Assembly (NCBI RefSeq): GCF_964213995.1
Contig: NC_135808.1
Span: 65,596,001 to 65,660,000, forward strand
Direction: 5' to 3'
DNA from: Mustelus asterias
Taxonomy: Eukaryota
DNA: 64,000 bases
Shown here: piece after piece, positions 14,130-28,970 of the stretch
Layout of the letters: every line of letters starts with the position of its first letter
How positions within the stretch are numbered: the stretch's first letter is position 1
Made by a program: the position numbers and the translations under genes
Notes under the pieces: model-generated
Told to the model about the DNA's origin: nothing
Database searches by the model: none
Seen by the model: only the letters and a program-made list of their open reading frames with translations

Positions 14130-16900
14130 ACAACAGAATTATTGAACCTTACAGCACAGAAGGAGGCCATTCGACTCATCATGTTCATGCTGGCCCCCTA
14201 CCAGAGCAGCTCAAATGGTCTCACTCCCCAGTCCTTGTAGCATGCATTTTTCTTTTCTTGAGGTGTTTCTCCAGTTTCTTTTTAAAGCCAAAATTGTATC
14301 TGTCTCCACCACACATGGAGGCAGTGTATTCCTGTTCTTAACCATTCGCTATATCAAAAAAAGTTTTCCATCTGTTGAAATTACCTTTAAATTGGTGTCA
14401 ATCGGGTTTTTGACCCTTTTGCCAATGGAGCAGTTTCTCTCTATCTACTTTGTCTAGACTCCTTTTGATTTTGAACACATCTATCAAATCTCCTCTCGAG
14501 CTTCTTTTCTCCACAGAGAACAATCCCAGCTTCTCCAATCTATTTATCTGACTGAAGTCCCTCATCCCTGGAACTATTCTTGGAAGTACCCTTTCCAAAA
14601 CCTTCACGAGCCTTCATGTTCTTCCTAAAGTGTGGTGTCCAGAATGGGGCACAGTAGGAAATCAGTTTTGTGAGGGTTGATCATAACTTCCTTGCATTGC
14701 ACTCTGTGCCTCTATGAAGCCCAGGATCCTGTGTGCCTTTTAAACCACTTTCTCAACTTGCTGTGCCACTTTCAGCAATTTGTATGTGTATACCCCCAGA
14801 ACATTCTGTTCCTGTACATCCTTTAGAATTGTAGTGTTTATTTTATACTGCCTCTGCTTGTTTTTCCTATCAAAATGTATTACTTGACACGCGACTGTAT
14901 TAAATTTAATCTTCCATGTGTGGCCGTTCCACCAGCTTTTCTATATCCTCTTGAAGTCTATCACTATCCTCCTTATAACTCTCAATACTTCCAAACTTTG
15001 TCATCTGAAAACTTTGATGTTTTCCCCTATAGACCCAAGTCTAGGACATTCATATTGATTAAGTAAAACAATTATCCTTGTCCCAACCCCTGGAGAAACT
15101 CCCAATGTATGTCATTCTCAAGTCTGAAAAACAACCATTCTCCACTATTTTCTGTTCTTGTCATTCTGCCGTTGTGCCTTTTATTCCCTGGGCTTCAGCT
15201 TTGCTGACCAGCTTGTTATGTGGCCTTTGGCCAATTCCTTTTGGAAGTCCACGTACACGACATCATTTGCATTACCTTGATCAGATCTTTCTGTTACCTC
15301 ATCAAAAAGCTAGGCAAGTTAGAAAATACCTTTTTGCCTTTAATAATGTTGGCCTTCCTTAAATTAATCCACAGTTGTCCAAGTGACTATTAATTTTGTC
15401 GTGGCTTATTAATTCTAAAAGCTTTCCCACCACCGTGGTTAAGTTGACAGGCCTGTGAAAGGCTGACAAGGCAGGGTTTATCCTTGCACCTTTTTTTGGA
15501 ATAGGATATAACATTTGAAATTCTCCAATCTGCTGTAACCATTCTTTATCGAAGGAGGATCGGTAGATTATGGCCCATACCTCCACAATTTCCACCCTTA
15601 TTTTCTTCTGGATCCTTGGATGCATCCCATCTGGCCTTGATGACTTACCAATTTAATACAGCCAATCTTTTTAGTATCTCTTTATAACTGAGCCCATCCA
15701 GTGTCTCGACTATCTCCTCTTTCACTGACTTTGGCACATCCATTTCCTTCATAAAAATGGTGCAAAGTGTTCATTTAGTATTTCAGCAATGCCCTCCACC
15801 TACATACATACCCTTTTCTTGGTCTCTCCTCTTACAATTCTTTTATTATTCATACGTAAGACTTTTGGATTTCTTTTTATGTTAATTGCAAGCTTCTCCT
15901 CATACTTTATCTTTACCTCTCATTCCTTTTTTCACTGCCCCTCTGAACTTTATATATTCAACCTGGCCCTCTCTTGTATCACCACCCTGTCATCTATCCT
16001 AGGCACACCCTTTCTGCTTCATTTTGCTCTCTACCTCTTTTCTTATCCAGGGAGCTCTAGATTTGTTTTCTCTAACTTTACCCATGAGGGAAGGTATCTC
16101 GACTGCATTGAAACCAAAGGAAGTTCAGTGCTGCGTTACAGATTTGTTTGCTAATCTTTGATTCCAGTTTATCGAACAAATCTGTTCTCGCCTTGGTGAA
16201 ATTGGTCTTTCCAAGTATTTTACTCTGGGTTGCTCCGTGTTTTTCCTATGAACATAAACCTTGTGACACTATAATCACTTCTGTCGCTGGTCCTCTACTG
16301 CTACTCAGTCTACTTGACCAACTCATTCCCCAGATCCGGTAATGCCTCCTTCCTCGGAAACATACTGAACAAGAAAAATCTCATGAGAACACTTCAGTAA
16401 GTCCTCCCCCTCTCCGCCCTTTATGCTATTCCAGTCAATATTAAGATATTCAAAGTTCTCCATTATTACTGTATAGTTGTTGCACCTTTCTGTAATTCCC
16501 CTGCAAATTGGCTGTTCTATATCTTTCCCACTAGATGTCCGATAGAATAAACCAAGTAGTGCAGTGTTACCTCTCTTTTTTCTTAACTCTAACCAGATAG
16601 ATTCTGTCCGTGACCACGCCAGAACTTTCTCTCTCCTAGACTTATAACTCACCAACCTTGTACATGGTCACTGTTTTTAGAACTCAGTGCATTCTTTCTA
16701 ATATCTTACTATTCCTCACTCTAGTGCTTTCTGTCTCTCCCAATTGTTTGTGCACCGATTTCTCCTTTCTAATATTACATCTAGTTCCCTCCCTCTCCCG
16801 AGTTGGTTTAAACCCTCTCAAATGGCACTAGCAAACTGCCCCTTGATTTTTTTTTTAGTCCCAGCTCTGTTTAGATGCAATCTTGCTACAAGCATGTACA
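14130..16900 (-). mobile_element. Long decayed CR1 LINE (endonuclease, RT and 3' UTR)
   Basis: Minus-strand pieces TESIWLELRKKRG..LLGLFYR (APE), RPVNLTTVVGKLLE (RT) and RLEKLGLFSVEKR..RGDLIDVFKI (C-terminus). Confidence 0.88.
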
Positions 16901-18761
16901 GGTCCCACCTTTCTCACTCTTGGGCTGCGCATTGAAGTCTCATCTAGGATGTATTCTGCACCCTTGCTACCCTTGGTGTTTCTTCTGAAGCTGTTCAACA
17001 TGGAGAGTGCAGAGAATCAGAATGGTTACAGCACAGAAGGAGGCCATTGGGCCCATCTTGTTTGTTTCAGATCTCTGCAGGAGCAACTTACCTGATCCCA
17101 TTTCCCTGCCTTTTTTTTTCTGGAGCTCTGCAAAAGTTTTTCTCTTCAGATGATGTGCCAATTTTCTTTTGGAAGTCACAATTCAATCAGTGAATTTCAG
17201 ATTCTAACCATTTGCTGTGTAAAAAGATTTTCCTCCTGTCACCAATTCTTTTGCCAGTCACCTTAAAAACATTAGAAAATCAGAAACAGTTGCTTTCTGC
17301 CCTCAACACGACTCACTTCATATGCACTGGATAGCTAGTTTCTACCTATAGTTTTTATGGAGATTGCAAACCTTAGATTCAGCACTGTGAGTTGTGTTGT
17401 GGGACAATGGGAATTGAGTCCAGTGCATTATTTACCAAGTCCAGCTAGATCAGGTAGGAGAGATTCATAAATTGAGTGTTGGCAATCAATCAGAGATGAT
17501 CAGCCATTAGACATAATCAACCAGGGCGCTTGTCTGCGGGATATTCCCAGAGTTGACCAATTAAGAATAGTGGGTGGATTCCTGAGGCTACAGGCCCAAT
17601 TTGAGGTCCTGCAACCTTGAAAAGATGACAACTCCACCTGCAGAATGGGGGCCTACTAGGGAGCCTCCAATTTGATTAATGTTGTATCATCCAGATGGTA
17701 AACTAGTCTTTATTCATCTTGATCCTAATCCTAATAATCATGTTGGTTCAGTGTTTCATGGCTTAATACTGCTCCATTCATTCATATCCTTTCAAGGACC
17801 AATGCACCAATTTCTAATCACAACTACAGAAGATTATAATGTCTTTTTTAAAATACTTTTCTGTTTTTCTTCTCTTTCTAGATCCACACTTCCTCTCCCT
17901 CTATTTGAATTTCTGTCACTAATTCACCCTAATTCCTTTTCTTTATCCTTTTCTTTCTTTAAAGAGAGAAACCATTGAGCATGAGTTCTTATTTCTGGGC
18001 CATTACCAATTCACATTTCCAGCAAATTGTGATACAAAATATAGGGTGAACTAAAGAGTGAGGGGGGAAAATATCCCGTTCATACTGCTCATCATGAAAT
18101 GTGCCATTCCAATAATTTCTAGTCTGGTCAAGAATATGGCCGTTGAGCAAGATGCTGCCTGGGATTGTTGCCTTCAAGATAAAGTTAGCCACCCTGATCC
18201 AGCCAATTCATCATTTGCATTTTTCTCCTTTATCCAACGAGGATTCACTGTAGCCATCAGTTTCTTGTGATCAGTTTTATTATTGAAAGTAATCCGAAAG
18301 TTCACTTACAATATAATTCATTTGTTGGTGTCACTTCTTTGTTCCCCTCCCTAAGAAATGTCTGTCCACTACGTTCAGCTCGGAAACATTTTAACTAATC
18401 ATTAGCTGTAATGAGTAGCTTATGATGTAATTCAGTGCCAGTGAGTAGTCAGCGAGCTAATAATGGTGTAGCAAAATAATGGCTTACAATATACTGCTGT
18501 TGTACATCTCCATAAAAGTTAATCTTGTAATATAATGTGAAAGATAAATTTGAACATTTGCCAGAAAACAAGTTTATAAATGATTTTGTTTTCTAAAATG
18601 TTGTTCTTCTTTGGTGTGTAGGTAACTAATTCTTAGCATCAGGAAATCTAGGGATATGTCCTTGCATGACATTTTAATAGTTTTCTGGCCACAAATAGGG
18701 CAGTTTTAAGAAGCTTTAAAGTCGAATTGCGAGTTAACTTTTTTTTCTCTTGTTTTGTCAG

Positions 18762-18862
18762 TGTCCAGAATCAAGTAGATGAAGTTATCGATGTGATGCA
18801 GGAGAACATCACTCGAGTGATTGAACGAGGTGAACGACTGGATGAGCTACAGGACAAATCTG
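18762..18862 (+). CDS. VAMP4: VAMP4 internal coding exon (R-SNARE motif, N-terminal half)
   Basis: Acceptor ttttttctcttgttttgtcag and donor G|gtgagt. The 101 nt read (x)[33 protein letters not shown](E), matching vertebrate VAMP4 [33 protein letters not shown], including the zero-layer Arg. Confidence 0.97.
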
Positions 18863-20569
18863 GTGAGTATTTCCTTTGCTTTATTTACACTGACTTATTG
18901 TTATATCTTAAATATATCATTTAGTTAGCTCTGCTCAACTCTGCCAAAGTGCCTTGGTCTTGACCTCTTGAAGTAATTCCCTCACTTTATTGATGACTTA
19001 TTGATCAACTTCCCTTATTGATGCCTCTTGGACCAGTTATCTTTGCACCAAGTTAGGAGTAGTCTTGTGCTGGGAAGTCAGCTGAATTGAAACTGGCTAG
19101 GTTCTTGCAGCCAATAAACAAAATACATTTTCATCACATGAGTCTATAAACTGGATTGGAATTCAAATGACAGGTGAAAATAGGATGGGTACCCAAGAAA
19201 ATGCATTGCATGTAGGAATAGGCCTTTCAGTTCCTCAAGCCATGATTTAAATTAAATCATAGCTGGTATGTACTTCAACTCCATTTAACTGCCTTTAATC
19301 CATAATCTTAGAAACCTTTTAAATAACAAAAATCTGTTGAACTCAGTCCTGTAAATTTCAGTTGATTCCCCAGTGCCTACGGCCCTTTTTGAGAGAAGAG
19401 TTCCAGATTTCCATTACTGTCAGAAGTGGCAAAATAAGTTGAGAAAAAAATGTGAAAAGCTACACAGGGTCACAAGCCTTATAAATAGAGGCATAGAGTA
19501 TGAAAGCCAAGGAAGTTATGATGAATCTTTAAATAAAAGAAAACCTGTTTTTTGTTGGGCTTTCCCTTCTTTGAAAGCCATGTTGGCTGCTTTTACTAGG
19601 TTATTGTAATAACGAGTGGAAAATTACTGAGGCTTCTGATGATCAGTGATAAACAATACTTGAAATGATTATTTATTTTATGTACATTAAACAATAGCCG
19701 AAACATTTGAATTACAAGTTTTAAGTCTTTTAAGTAGGAAAGTTGAATAGTTTGTTGTATGCTTACATTTCGTCATTTTAAAATTAATTGTTAGTCTATC
19801 ATGCTAAATGGAGAAAATCTTAAATTTTCAGAAAAGATTTAATCAATATTTTGCAAATGAGAAAATACACAGAGAAACATTGCCTGTTTATTTGGAAGAG
19901 AAAAGATAACAATTGCTATAAACTCTGCAGGTTTTGAACATATTGCACTATTTTGCTACAAACAATATTTAGGTCTACATTCTGGACAGGACAATGTTGA
20001 CTTGTGTCGCCTGGGAATGGAAACCTATTGAAGTTATGATAGCAGTTGGTACTAAATGCTATTTTCCAGAACTGAACTGTTGAATATAATGACGTATTTG
20101 CTTCAGAACGTACCTATTTTCACATAGTTGTTGTTAGTCACAGCAGTCGCTAATCGCGGTACGGGATAGTTTATCATTAGCGATCCACAAGATTTATTTC
20201 GAAGACCTGCACAGCTGTTGAGTTATCCTAAGCACCTTTGTTTAAAAGAAGTGTTCACTTTTCTTTGTGCGCATTAGGGAAGATAAAATATGAACTGTGC
20301 AAAGAGCTTACATTAATTAATGCAATAATTTATCTCGGTGTACTAACTTGGGGAGATGTTCAGACAGCCCCTCAACAATACTACTTCAAATAAGTTTCCA
20401 ATCTAGGTTTGTCAGTTTGCTTTGGGTTGCAAAATTCATTCCACAGCAGTCCAGAGCCTCTCCTGCCATAAGTCTGTATGAGACCTGCTGAAGCATCGCG
20501 AGTAACAAGATCAATTCACAAGTTCCAGGCTACTGAGCATCCAATCTTGGCTTAGAAGATTGTTGATTT

Positions 20570-20939
20570 TTTTATTTAATACATTCGTGGGACATGGACA
20601 TTGCTGGCTGGCCAGTATTTATTGCCTATCTCTAGTTGCCCTTGTTCAGAGGGTAGTTGAGAGTCAACCACATTGCTGTGACTCTGGAGTCACGTGTAGA
20701 CCAGACCAGGTAAGGACGGCAAATTTCCTTCTCTGAAGAACATTAGTGACCCAGATGGGTTTTACCAACAATCGATAATGGTTTCATGGTCATCAGTAGA
20801 TTCATAATTGCAGTTTGTTTTTATTGAATTCAAATTCCACCATCTGCCGTGGCAGGATTCCTACCTGGGTCCCCAGAACATTAGCTGAGTTTCTGGATTA
20901 ATAGCCTAGCGATAATACCACTAGGCCATCGCCTGCCCC
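20570..20939 (-). mobile_element. tRNA-derived SINE (family B)
   Basis: Full-length reverse complement of the family at 8997-9352. An older copy is at ~1860-2085. Confidence 0.8.
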
Positions 20940-21410
20940 ATGATTTGAGTCAAATTGATTGTCTTACTTTGGTAGCTCTCAACTAGACTGATAGGCTGTC
21001 TGGTGCCTCACTACCAAAACAACTGAACATAGACCAGTATTGATGGCAATCATGGAGAAACCTGTAGCCCAGATCATCTCACCCTCCCAACCAAGAAAAT
21101 GTATAAAGTTGACCAGCACTTTGGGGAAAATTGTGGAAGAAATGTGCTTTTTATTGATTTATTGTATGTGTATCCTTTTGAAACTTTACGACATAAGTTT
21201 TGATAACCTTTTTGATTGCATAGTCTTTATCTGATTTTATTAGGCCCCATGTCATCAAAATCTCTACTCCCTCCCATGTTACTGCTCTGGGGTTCTTTTT
21301 CAATGTCTGAGACATGTGAAAACTCAGCACCATGTTTGAGGATCTCACAATGAAGCTATCCTGAGATCCATTCCAGAACAATCACTTCTTACCTGATACT
21401 AAGTGCACAC

Positions 21411-21547
21411 TCTAAACGTGTTCCTGCAGGCTCAGTGTTTAGGTGCAGTTTGACAGTGCCAAGCTTCAGGGATCATTCTAAACTTGTTCCTGCAGGCTCA
21501 GTGTTTAGATGCAGTTTGATAGTGCCATGGTTCAGGGGCCATTCTAA
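21411..21547. repeat. 66-bp tandem duplication
   Basis: tctaaac.tgttcctgcaggctcagtgtttag... starts at 21411 and 21477, with a partial start at 21543. Confidence 0.9.
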
Positions 21548-24032
21548 GTATTCGAAAAATAAGTTTAACTATTTAAGGTTCTGCAATTTGCCAATTTACA
21601 ATAATAGATTTCCCGTTGCTTTACCAGATGGGGTCACTTTTACCCAGTAGGATTAGCTTGGAGGATTTTCGAGAGTTGTCTCGAGCATTCCCAGCTTCCA
21701 GTGATAAGTCTTGATCTTCAAGGTCCCAATGCTGAGTGAGGATAGTTGGTTGATCATGAGGTGTGCACAGACAACTGTACCCCTGACTGACTCAGATATT
21801 GGATTACTGACTACAAAGGTTTTAGATGATGGTTCCAAGCCTCTTTCATCAGGTGTACCATCTCTGGAGTCACTTCCATCCCCCCAGGACTATGCTTATC
21901 TCCCTCTAAAGATGGCCAATCATTTGTTGTCAGATAATGGTTGAGAATTACCATCAGTTTCCTTTCCATTTTGTGGACATGCACCATGGAACAATGTTTC
22001 CAACTGGTGCTGCTGGGGAACAATAATAGCATTTCCTTGCCTCTCTGCAACCCACTTGTGACAACTACTGAACCCAGATATATTGGTTTATGTTCTGTTA
22101 CCTAGCCTCTGCGTAACTTCAAGCACTTTAACAGTTCTATAACGTAAGTTAAAGCTAGTACCACTTATCGCTGGGCTGCAGTCTTAGTGCTAGTTTTGCT
22201 TGCGTGACCATTCTTCATATGAGCCCAGAAGTTTTTGCCTGGCACATCCCTGATAAGCATTTCATCATTGATGGCTGTGTCTTAAGTTCTGGAATTCCTG
22301 CCCCATCCCCCCTTCACCTTCAAGTTTTCCTTTCTTAAGTCACTACTTAAGAGCTACATCTTTGACCTCACCTGTCCTGATAACTTCGAGATTTCTTTCT
22401 ATCTGTTTGATGCTCTATAATTGCAAAACTGGGGGGGTGGGGGGTGGGAGAATGTTAAGAACATCCATCTCACAGAGAAAGTTGCAGACCAATCAACATC
22501 CAACAACCTGTTCTGAAAACTCTGCTCACATTTTGACAGCTGTGACAAAATACACCACAGCAGCTGAGACAATCCACAGCATTCTAAGTAACGACATCAC
22601 TATATTATTTAAAATAAAAGTTAGTTTGCCCTATCTCCCAATGTTAAAGGATCATCAAAAAAGTGCACCAGGTTTTGTTGAAATTCTTCCATTAGTTTTT
22701 GAAAATATGCTGTTTAAAACAGGCAAAACAGTACCTCAGTCCACCATAAGGAGAGTATAAAAGACCACCATTCATCTTCTGTTGTATATCAATGGCCTTT
22801 TAACTCTACACCATTCTTGGTGGACAGTGGCCTGAAACTAGCTTCTGATACTGAGATCCTTTGTTATCCCAGGACCCAGGAGAGATCTGGGCAGATTGCA
22901 GAAGAATACTGACAGTACAACAGCTGCAGAGAACAATTGTGCCATCTTTGCCTTTTAAGAATAGTCAGTCATCAGCCAGTCTGAGAGCCAGACTCGGAAA
23001 CTGGCTGCAAGTCATCAAGTAAAGTACCTCACCCATTCCAGTTACAAAGTTCACCTGAGAACTAATCTTCCAGATGTTTGACTATACAAGCTTTGCAACC
23101 CACTGTGAACCCTTTGCTTCACAGGACCCTCGCTTCGATTTTAAATAATCAAATTCATTCAAGCAACCATTGGCCTGCCACGCAAGAGTCCGGAAATCTT
23201 GTATCTGAAATTGTGAATAAAACTGAATTACCTGTAACCTGTCAAAATGCATTATCTTTCTCTGTGTCCAATCTTTGTAGAGTGCGTGTGTGTGTGCACA
23301 TGTGTGCACGTATGCATGCGCATGGACACTTCTATGAAGTTGCATTAATTCATGGTAAGTGTGTGAGAATAAATAACCGTCCACATTTTAAACTCTCAAA
23401 AGCTTGCTGCTGAATTATACAATTGGGATATAAGGGTAACAAAATACACACCCCTTTCCATACAAAACATACTGATCACGGGCCGTAAGAGAGAAAATAT
23501 ATTCTATCCATGACGCACAAAATTTGTTTATCTTTTTACTCGTCTTTAGTAACATGAAGCCCCAAAATTCTACATAGATTCCTGTGGATAACCAAGGTTC
23601 TGTTGTAGATAGCTGCAGGTGAAGGAGCCTTAGGGGACATCAAGGAACTTGGATAAATAATCAGTCCAGTGAGACGAGGTCCTTCTTACCTGGCTATTGC
23701 AACTGGTATACCAGACAGTGGTTTTCTAATTAATGGTTTTTACCTTTAATCCTTGTATATAATTTTAACTAACGGCACTGCACTTCAAAATAAATGCATT
23801 TCAATTTTGAACAATGCAGGAAAAAGACACTTGCAGCTTACTGCAAAGCGGTACCTGAGCCGCACGTAACCTAGCCTCCAATTTCACTGCAAGGGCTTTT
23901 TTGGAGTACTGTGTATCATAGTGACATGCAGTAATTTGGTGGAGTTATTGATCAATTGATTTGCAAGCTTCTACACTTTTTAAAGCTGTGTTTCAACATT
24001 CTGTCTTGGACCCGATTCATTTCTTTTTGCAG

Positions 24033-24112
24033 AAAGTTTATCCGACAATGCCACGGTTTTCAGCAACAGAGCAAAGCAGTTACGACGCCAGATGTGGTGG
24101 AAAGAGTGCAAG
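24033..24112 (+). CDS. VAMP4: VAMP4 internal coding exon (SNARE C-terminal half and juxtamembrane WW motif)
   Basis: Acceptor ttctttttgcag and donor AAG|gtgagt. The 80 nt are in phase with the previous exon and read (E)SLSDNATVFSNRAKQLRRQMWWKECK. Confidence 0.97.
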
Positions 24113-24769
24113 GTGAGTGATGCGAAAAGCGCGCAGATGTTTGAAAGTGACTGGGCTGGAGATAATTGCTAAGTACAAATGTCAAGAAGGCCAGGATAAT
24201 GACTCCTGGGCCACAGGGCTTACTTGAAAGGAGGACTCTTGTCTCTTCCAATAATTATTAGAGCCCATTGACCCAAGGGTCCTGTGGCTGCATGCCCAGG
24301 TGTGTTGATAAATGTTTACGTGAATATCATTCTAAGTGAAAGAGTACTGCCACAGTAGCTGAAGAAGGCAATCTTTAAATTTAAAACAATGTTGCAGAAC
24401 GTAATGTCATTTTACTAATTAAACCACCTCAGCGCTGACTTGATTTAAAATGAAGTCCCGTTGCTATTGGCACAATGCTGTCAGTACACTCTGTCCTTAT
24501 CCTTAGCCATTAATTCCGAACTCTTTCAACCTGTCCATATCTCTCAGATAATGATTCAGGAGCCTGGAAAAGTGTATACATATGAAGTTATCAGGATAAA
24601 TAAGTACCAGCATATGTAACTATCAAATTACCATTCAGATTGTACCTATAAGGAAAACATAACTGAAGTTTCTCTGATGTGGAACCTTCTTCGCAAAAAC
24701 ATGTTTGCCTTGTATGAGAAATGAAAATAATATAAGTCCATTTTACGGTGATCAGTTTTAAGCATTTTT

Positions 24770-25185
24770 GTGGTTTAACCATGGCTCATTCACCTTTGAA
24801 TCAGTGGGTCATAAGTTCAAATTGGATTCCTGCAACCTGAGCACATAATCTAGGGCAGAATTTAGTGCGGTACGGAGGGAGTGTTGCAGTATCTATGGTG
24901 AAGCTTTTCAGTTAAGACATCAAGCCAAGGGTCCATCTGCCCTCATAAATGGATGTAAAAGATGCTACAACATTATTTGAACAAGAGCAGGGGAATTCTC
25001 CCTAGTTTCCTGGACATTTTTCCCATCCCAATGTCACTAAAACAGAGTATCTGCTCAGTTATCACCTTGCTGTTTGCCTTTTGTGAATTGAATCTCACAT
25101 TACAGCAGTAACTACACTTCAAAATACTTGGCTGTAAAGTACTTTGAGGTGTCCCAAGGATATAAAAGCCTGTATAAGTGGATAT
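24770..25185 (+). mobile_element. Deu-domain SINE (SacSINE1/AmnSINE1-like)
   Basis: Core gagggagtgttgca...ggatgtaaaagat...gagcaggggaattctc...ttgctgtttg and an L2-like tail. Further copies at ~5010-5440(-), 26650-27262, 31330-33610, 41630-41820, 44130-44600 and 61485-62135(-). Confidence 0.7.
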
Positions 25186-26649
25186 TATTTTGTCACACAC
25201 AAAGATGGTTACAAGTTAGGCAGAGAATATACAGTTCAGAAAGTTTCCCATTTCTGATCACTATCCAGTAACCTTTGCTCACGGTGCATTCCTGGCCATT
25301 GGGCTGGGTTAGGAGAGGTTAAAGCACAGGTTTGACGCTCATTGCAGTTGCATTGCCTGTCAGCATTAGCTGATGGACCTCTTGTATGAAGAATAGCCCT
25401 CTCATCAAGATGCATCACAGAAAAGTTGAGTGAAAATTCCTGGAATAAATTGTCTTTGCATCAGCTGGTAGCAAGATACATTTTCAGGTTGCGTTTGTAA
25501 GAGTTGAGGTTACCATGAAATGCATTTCTCAGTAGTGCCACATACATATGCTTCCAGGAAATAAGATGATGAAGTATTAAATTATGATAAATGTTTGTGG
25601 TAAAACAGATGGCAGGATAACTTCTCTGAAATAGAGTTTATATATAAGGTTTGCTTTAGAACTGAATTAACCTGATAAATGTATTCTTTCTGAGGAGGAC
25701 TGTTATGCAGCCCATAACCTAAAACTGACCCCACTGTTTTATATCTTTATTGACCCATCATAAATAGCCTTTAATTAAAGGCTCTGGAACTAAGTATGGA
25801 TGGTGGAGAACAACATCTACTTGTGTTTTGCACATCTAACAAATTTGAATGTCCAGAATTGATTATTTGAGCAGCATAGCTACAGGGCTATAATCTTACA
25901 GCTGTCACTGTAATAATGTGTCTGGTTTACCCTGTGAAGAATTTATAGATTTTGACTGACATTTGTGATGCCACATGAACGATGGTTCATGGACTTTTTT
26001 AAAAATGTGCTTTTAAAAATATGCCAGTTAAGCCTGTTTGGAGGATGATATAAAGTTTTGAAGGTTTGATGTTAATTCAAAAAGAAATAAACAGAGCTCA
26101 ATAATTTCATTGTGGGCAAGATAACAAATCGAATAAGTGTTTAGAGTTAGAATACCTTTCCGATATTCAGCTGGTTACACAATATTGGTGGCTGTAGAAG
26201 AATTTGATCTTTGTGTTTAATTTGCAGAGGACAGTAATACAAAGGTAAAATGTGAAAATACTGCTGTACCTTTTTGTTACTTATTAGGGCTAAACATTTT
26301 TGGTTAATTAAATGTAAGGGAACTGTAATATAGTCGACTTTCTATAGCTGCTGAAAGAATCATCATCTTTGACATTTTGTTTGAATCAAATAATTCCCCC
26401 TCAGATGTAGAAAAAGATAGGAATATTAATGTAATCTATTTTCCAGATCTTGTTTAGAACCTAGGTGTGAGGCAGTTTTTAAAAGTGATGCAGGTCTCCT
26501 TGTGAAAGTATTGTGTATGTTTAGAATGGGGTTATTCTTGCCCATTACCTCAAAGTTATACTCTGAACAACTCCATGGGTTGAATTGTGTAAAATTTACA
26601 TCACACAAATGGGCCATTCAACTTAACAGATCAATATCAATGTTTAGAC

Positions 26650-27262
26650 TTGTCTGACTTTTCTGTAAGTTGTCATCACTCTCGTCTCGGAGTCAAATGT
26701 TTGTAACTTCAAGTCCCATTTTACAGACTTTAGCATGAAACTCTAGGCTGAAAATTCAGTGCAGCATTGAGGGAGTGCCATCTTTCAGATGGGACATTGA
26801 ACTGAGGGCCCGGTATCTGTCTGCCTTCAAGTGGACATAAAATATCCTATGGCACTATTTTGAAAAAGAGCAGGGGTATCATTCCTGGTCTCCTGGCCAA
26901 TATTTATTTTTTTAATCCACATCACTAAAAACAGATATCCTGGTCATCATCACGTTGCTGTTTGTGGGAGCTTGCTGTGTACAAATTGGCTGCCATATTT
27001 CCAACGTTACACCAATGACTGCACTTCGGAAGTACATAATTGGCTATAGAATGTCCTGAGGTGACAAAATCTTAGAATCGCTACTGTGCAGAAAGAGGCC
27101 ATTTGGCCCATCAGGCCTGCACCAACAACATTCCCACCCAGGCCCTATCCCTGTAACTCCACATATTTACCTTGCTAATCTCCCTGACACTGTGGTAATT
27201 TAGCATGGCCAATCAACCAAACCTGCACATCTTTGGACAGAAGATGTTATACAAATCAAAGT
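26650..27262 (+). mobile_element. Deu-domain SINE with a minus-strand HE1 3' fragment (27072-27240) inserted in its tail
   Basis: Core ttgctgtttgtgggagcttgctgtgtacaaattggctgcc. The tail resumes at about 27242 after the insert. Confidence 0.75.
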
Positions 27263-28519
27263 TTTTTACTTTTTGATACGGGCTTCTTCCCCCTTTAATT
27301 AGCACTTGCCACCTAGCCTGTTTATCCTTCTATTTCCTTCTCCATCGTGTATGTATCAAACTTCCTGTTAAATGCGTCAATGCAATTTGTTTCAACTACT
27401 CCACTTCTTAGTGAGTTCCACATTTTCACCAGTCTGTGTAAACAAATTGCTCCTAAATTCCTTTTACGATCTGGTAGTGGCTATCATTTATTTATGTTCC
27501 CTTGTTCTGGACTCAACCAAGATGGAAACACTTTATCTAAATCCATCCTAAGGAACCACGCCATGATTTTTAAAGGCCTCTAACAGATGTTCTCTCGGGC
27601 TTTTTTCCAGAGAAAATAGTTCCAACCTGTTCAATCTTTCCTTATAATGTATCCTCTCAATTACTGTAACTCTTTTCTGTAATGTCTCCAGTGCTTCAGC
27701 ACTTGTTTTGTACCATGAAGAACAGCGCTGTGTTATGGTTCTTTATAAATTAAACATGACTTTCCTGTTTTGTTATTCTGTTCCTATAGAAATAAACCAC
27801 AATACTTTGTTATGTTTTATGGTCTTATCAGCCTCTTTTCCTACTTTTAATGAGTTATGTATCTGGATTCCCAGATTTCTTTGCCTCTCTATTAATATCC
27901 TCTTTAAGTTGTAACCTGGAAGTTCGCGTACAGGCTGTCATTGCATTTAAGATACCATGCACGTGTGGGTACACAAAGAAGTTTAAAGGAAGCACACCTA
28001 AATGAACAGGCTGCAAACCATACAAAAAATGAGAGTGGCTATTGTTCTCTGCCCAATTTAGTGCATTATTTTCCAATGAATAAGTAGGTGCCTTATTCCT
28101 CCGACTATCATTTAGATCTCCTTGATCCAACCAAAATTTCACCCTGCACCTATTTCAATTCTACATCCTGCACCAAGTCCTGCTTGCTCATCACTACTTA
28201 CCTCTCTGGTTTCCATTGGTTCAGGAGCTCAAATGTTAAATTCTAAATCATCTTTCATCCTTCTTTACAGATTTCTCGCACTGTACCCCACCTTCCCTCA
28301 CATTGTCCTTCTGGGGAAAAGGAGATAAATAAATGCAAGTTATTCATTGTGATTCTAGTGAAATACTGCGCAGCTTTACAGCTTATTTTTAAAGCAACAG
28401 TTTCCTCCATTCACTTCTCTACGATCTTCTGAACAGAAGTGTCCATGTGGATACAGCTTTGTAGTTCAAACCCTAAATTTCCCATTTATAACTTGGTGCT
28501 GCTTCTAGTTCTGAGTCTG

Positions 28520-28752
28520 AGGTCACGTACCAACCGACTTGAGAACAACTTCTTCCTTGCTGCCGTCAGACTTTTGAATGGACCTACCTTCCATTGAGTT
28601 GATCTTTCTCTACACCCTAGCTATGACTATAACATTACATTCTGCACTCTATCGTTTCCTTCTCTATGAACGGTATGCTCTGTCTGTAAAGCATGCAAGA
28701 AACCATACTTTTCACTGTATGCTAATACATGTGACAATAAATCAAATCAAAT
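28520..28752 (+). mobile_element. Rex1/Babar-type LINE 3' end
   Basis: Encodes RSRTNRLENNFFLAAVRLLN, and the 3' UTR ends gtgacaataa(atcaa)n. Confidence 0.75.
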
Positions 28753-28970
28753 AGTAGACAGTGGTGCACAAAACCACAATTAGCATACAAAATCAGTTTA
28801 TACTTGAAGTGCGTGCATAATATTGCTGAACAAATATGCAATGCCTTTTAACTGGAATCCTGGAAAATCAATCGAAAATGCAATCCTCCTGAGTTAGCCA
28901 TTTTGAGAGCCATTACCTTACATACTTAAAACAAACAAATATTAACATGAGAACAATGTTAAGTTACTTA

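Noticed and set aside
18727-18924. 65-aa single-exon ORF as listed in the ORF track
   Set aside because: Only 18762-18862 is exonic VAMP4; the flanks are intron read-through.
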